From assembly GCA_965235115.1 (NCBI GenBank), contig OZ249438.1, positions 17,980,001 to 18,044,000 of the forward strand: 64,000 nucleotides of DNA. The letters run 5' to 3'. How positions within the stretch are numbered: the stretch's first letter is position 1; each line of letters opens with the position of its first letter. The notes beneath the pieces were generated by a model. That model was not told the DNA's origin. It saw only the letters and a program-made list of their open reading frames with translations, and made no database searches. Position numbers and translations under genes: made by a program. Source of the DNA: Laetmonice hystrix (taxonomy: Eukaryota). This document shows positions 62,740-64,000 of this stretch, piece by piece.

Positions 62740-63731
62740 GTTAGTGCAGTCTCCTATGTTTGTATGGGCCAGTTAGTGCAGTCTCCTATGTTTGTATGGG
62801 CCAGTTAGTGCAGTCTCCTATGTTTGTATGGGCCAGTTAGTGCAGTCTCCTATGTTTGTATGGGCCAGTTAGTGCAGTCTCCTATGTTTGTATGGGCCAG
62901 TTAGTGCAGTCTCCTATGTTTGTATGGACCAGTTAGTGCAGTCTCCTATGTTTGTATGGGCCAGTTAGTGCAGTCTCCTATGTTTGTATGGACCAGTTAG
63001 TGCAGTCTCCTATGTTTGTATGGGCCAGTTAGTGCAGTCTCCTATGTTTGTATGGGCCAGTTACTGCAGTCTCCTATGTTTGTATGGACCAGTTAGTGCA
63101 GTCTCCTATGTTTGTATGGGCCAGTTAGTGCAGTCTCCTATGTTTGTATGGACCAGTTAGTGCAGTCTCCTATGTTTGTATGGGCCAGTTAGTGCAGTCT
63201 CCTATGTTTGTATGGGCCAGTTAGTGCAGTCTCCTATGTTTGTATGGGCAAGTTAGTGCAGTCTCCTATGTTTGTATGGGCCAGTTAGTGCAGTCTCATA
63301 TGTTTGTCTGGGCCAGTTAGTGCAGTCTCCTATGTTTGTATGGGCCAGTTACTGCAGTCTCCTATGTTTGTATGGACCAGTTAGTGCAGTCTCCTATGTT
63401 TGTATGGGCCAGTTAGTGCAGTCTCCTATGTTTGTATGGACCAGTTAGTGCAGTCTCCTATGTTTGTATGGGCCAGTTAGTGCAGTCTCCTATGTTTGTA
63501 TGGGCCAGTTAGTGCAGTCTCCTATGTTTGTATGGGCAAGTTAGTGCAGTCTCCTATGTTTGTATGGGCCAGTTAGTGCAGTCTCATATGTTTGTCTGGG
63601 CCAGTTAGTGCAGTCTCCTATGTTTGTATGGGCCAGTTAGTGCAGTCTCCTATGTTTGTATGGGCCAGTTAGTGCAGTCTCCTATGTTTGTATGGGCCAG
63701 TTAGTGCAGTCTCCTATGTTTGTATGGGCCA
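62740..63731. repeat. Minisatellite, 32-bp unit, ~31 copies
   Basis: Unit gttagtgcagtctcctatgtttgtatgggcca; variants ggacca, gggcaa, ttactgca and ctcatatgtttgtctg. Confidence 0.97.
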
Positions 63732-64000
63732 AGTCTGTATCATTGGATTGTTGGTGCATGGACCCTGAATGGTGATCTAGCACTCGGTCTTTAGCCCTTC
63801 TCACAGTTTCAAGGTCTTTGATTTGTCCACTAACCCGGAATCAATGAGGCTGCTCTGTTATTTTATCCCTTTCAAATGCAGGATTATCGATATGTTCGGC
63901 TATTTAATTTGTGGTCATGGAGGCTGCGAGCGGGAGATGGGGGCAAGGCACACGAGCCACATGGTTAGATTCCCACGAGGGTGTTTCATGGCCCCAGGGG

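Noticed and set aside
1-64000. rRNA, tRNA/SINE heads, operons, RBS or rho-independent terminators
   Set aside because: None recognised by eye. A tRNAscan-SE/Infernal/RepeatMasker run would be needed to exclude degenerate copies.

Overview
This looks like animal (probably bilaterian invertebrate) genomic DNA, not a prokaryotic or viral locus. No ORF in the track encodes a protein family I recognise, and I found no rRNA, tRNA, CRISPR array or transposase/RT. CpG is not visibly depleted; the taxonomic guess is inference only. About 20% of the window (roughly 12.8 kb) is 12 unrelated minisatellite arrays with units of 23-89 bp. There are also several 2-3-copy duplications, a (CTG)21 tract and purine- or C-rich tracts. 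Every ORF longer than 196 aa lies in an array and is a repeat artefact. The rest behaves like a long intron or regulatory intergenic DNA. The best non-repeat signals are a textbook recursive-splice (ratchet) motif at 55,143-55,178 (+), two exact CTCF core matches in divergent orientation (42.06 kb -, 57.55 kb +), and a near-perfect 22-bp-arm palindrome at 22.5 kb. A few weak candidate exons are also present. I cannot support a claim of a new multi-gene system here.
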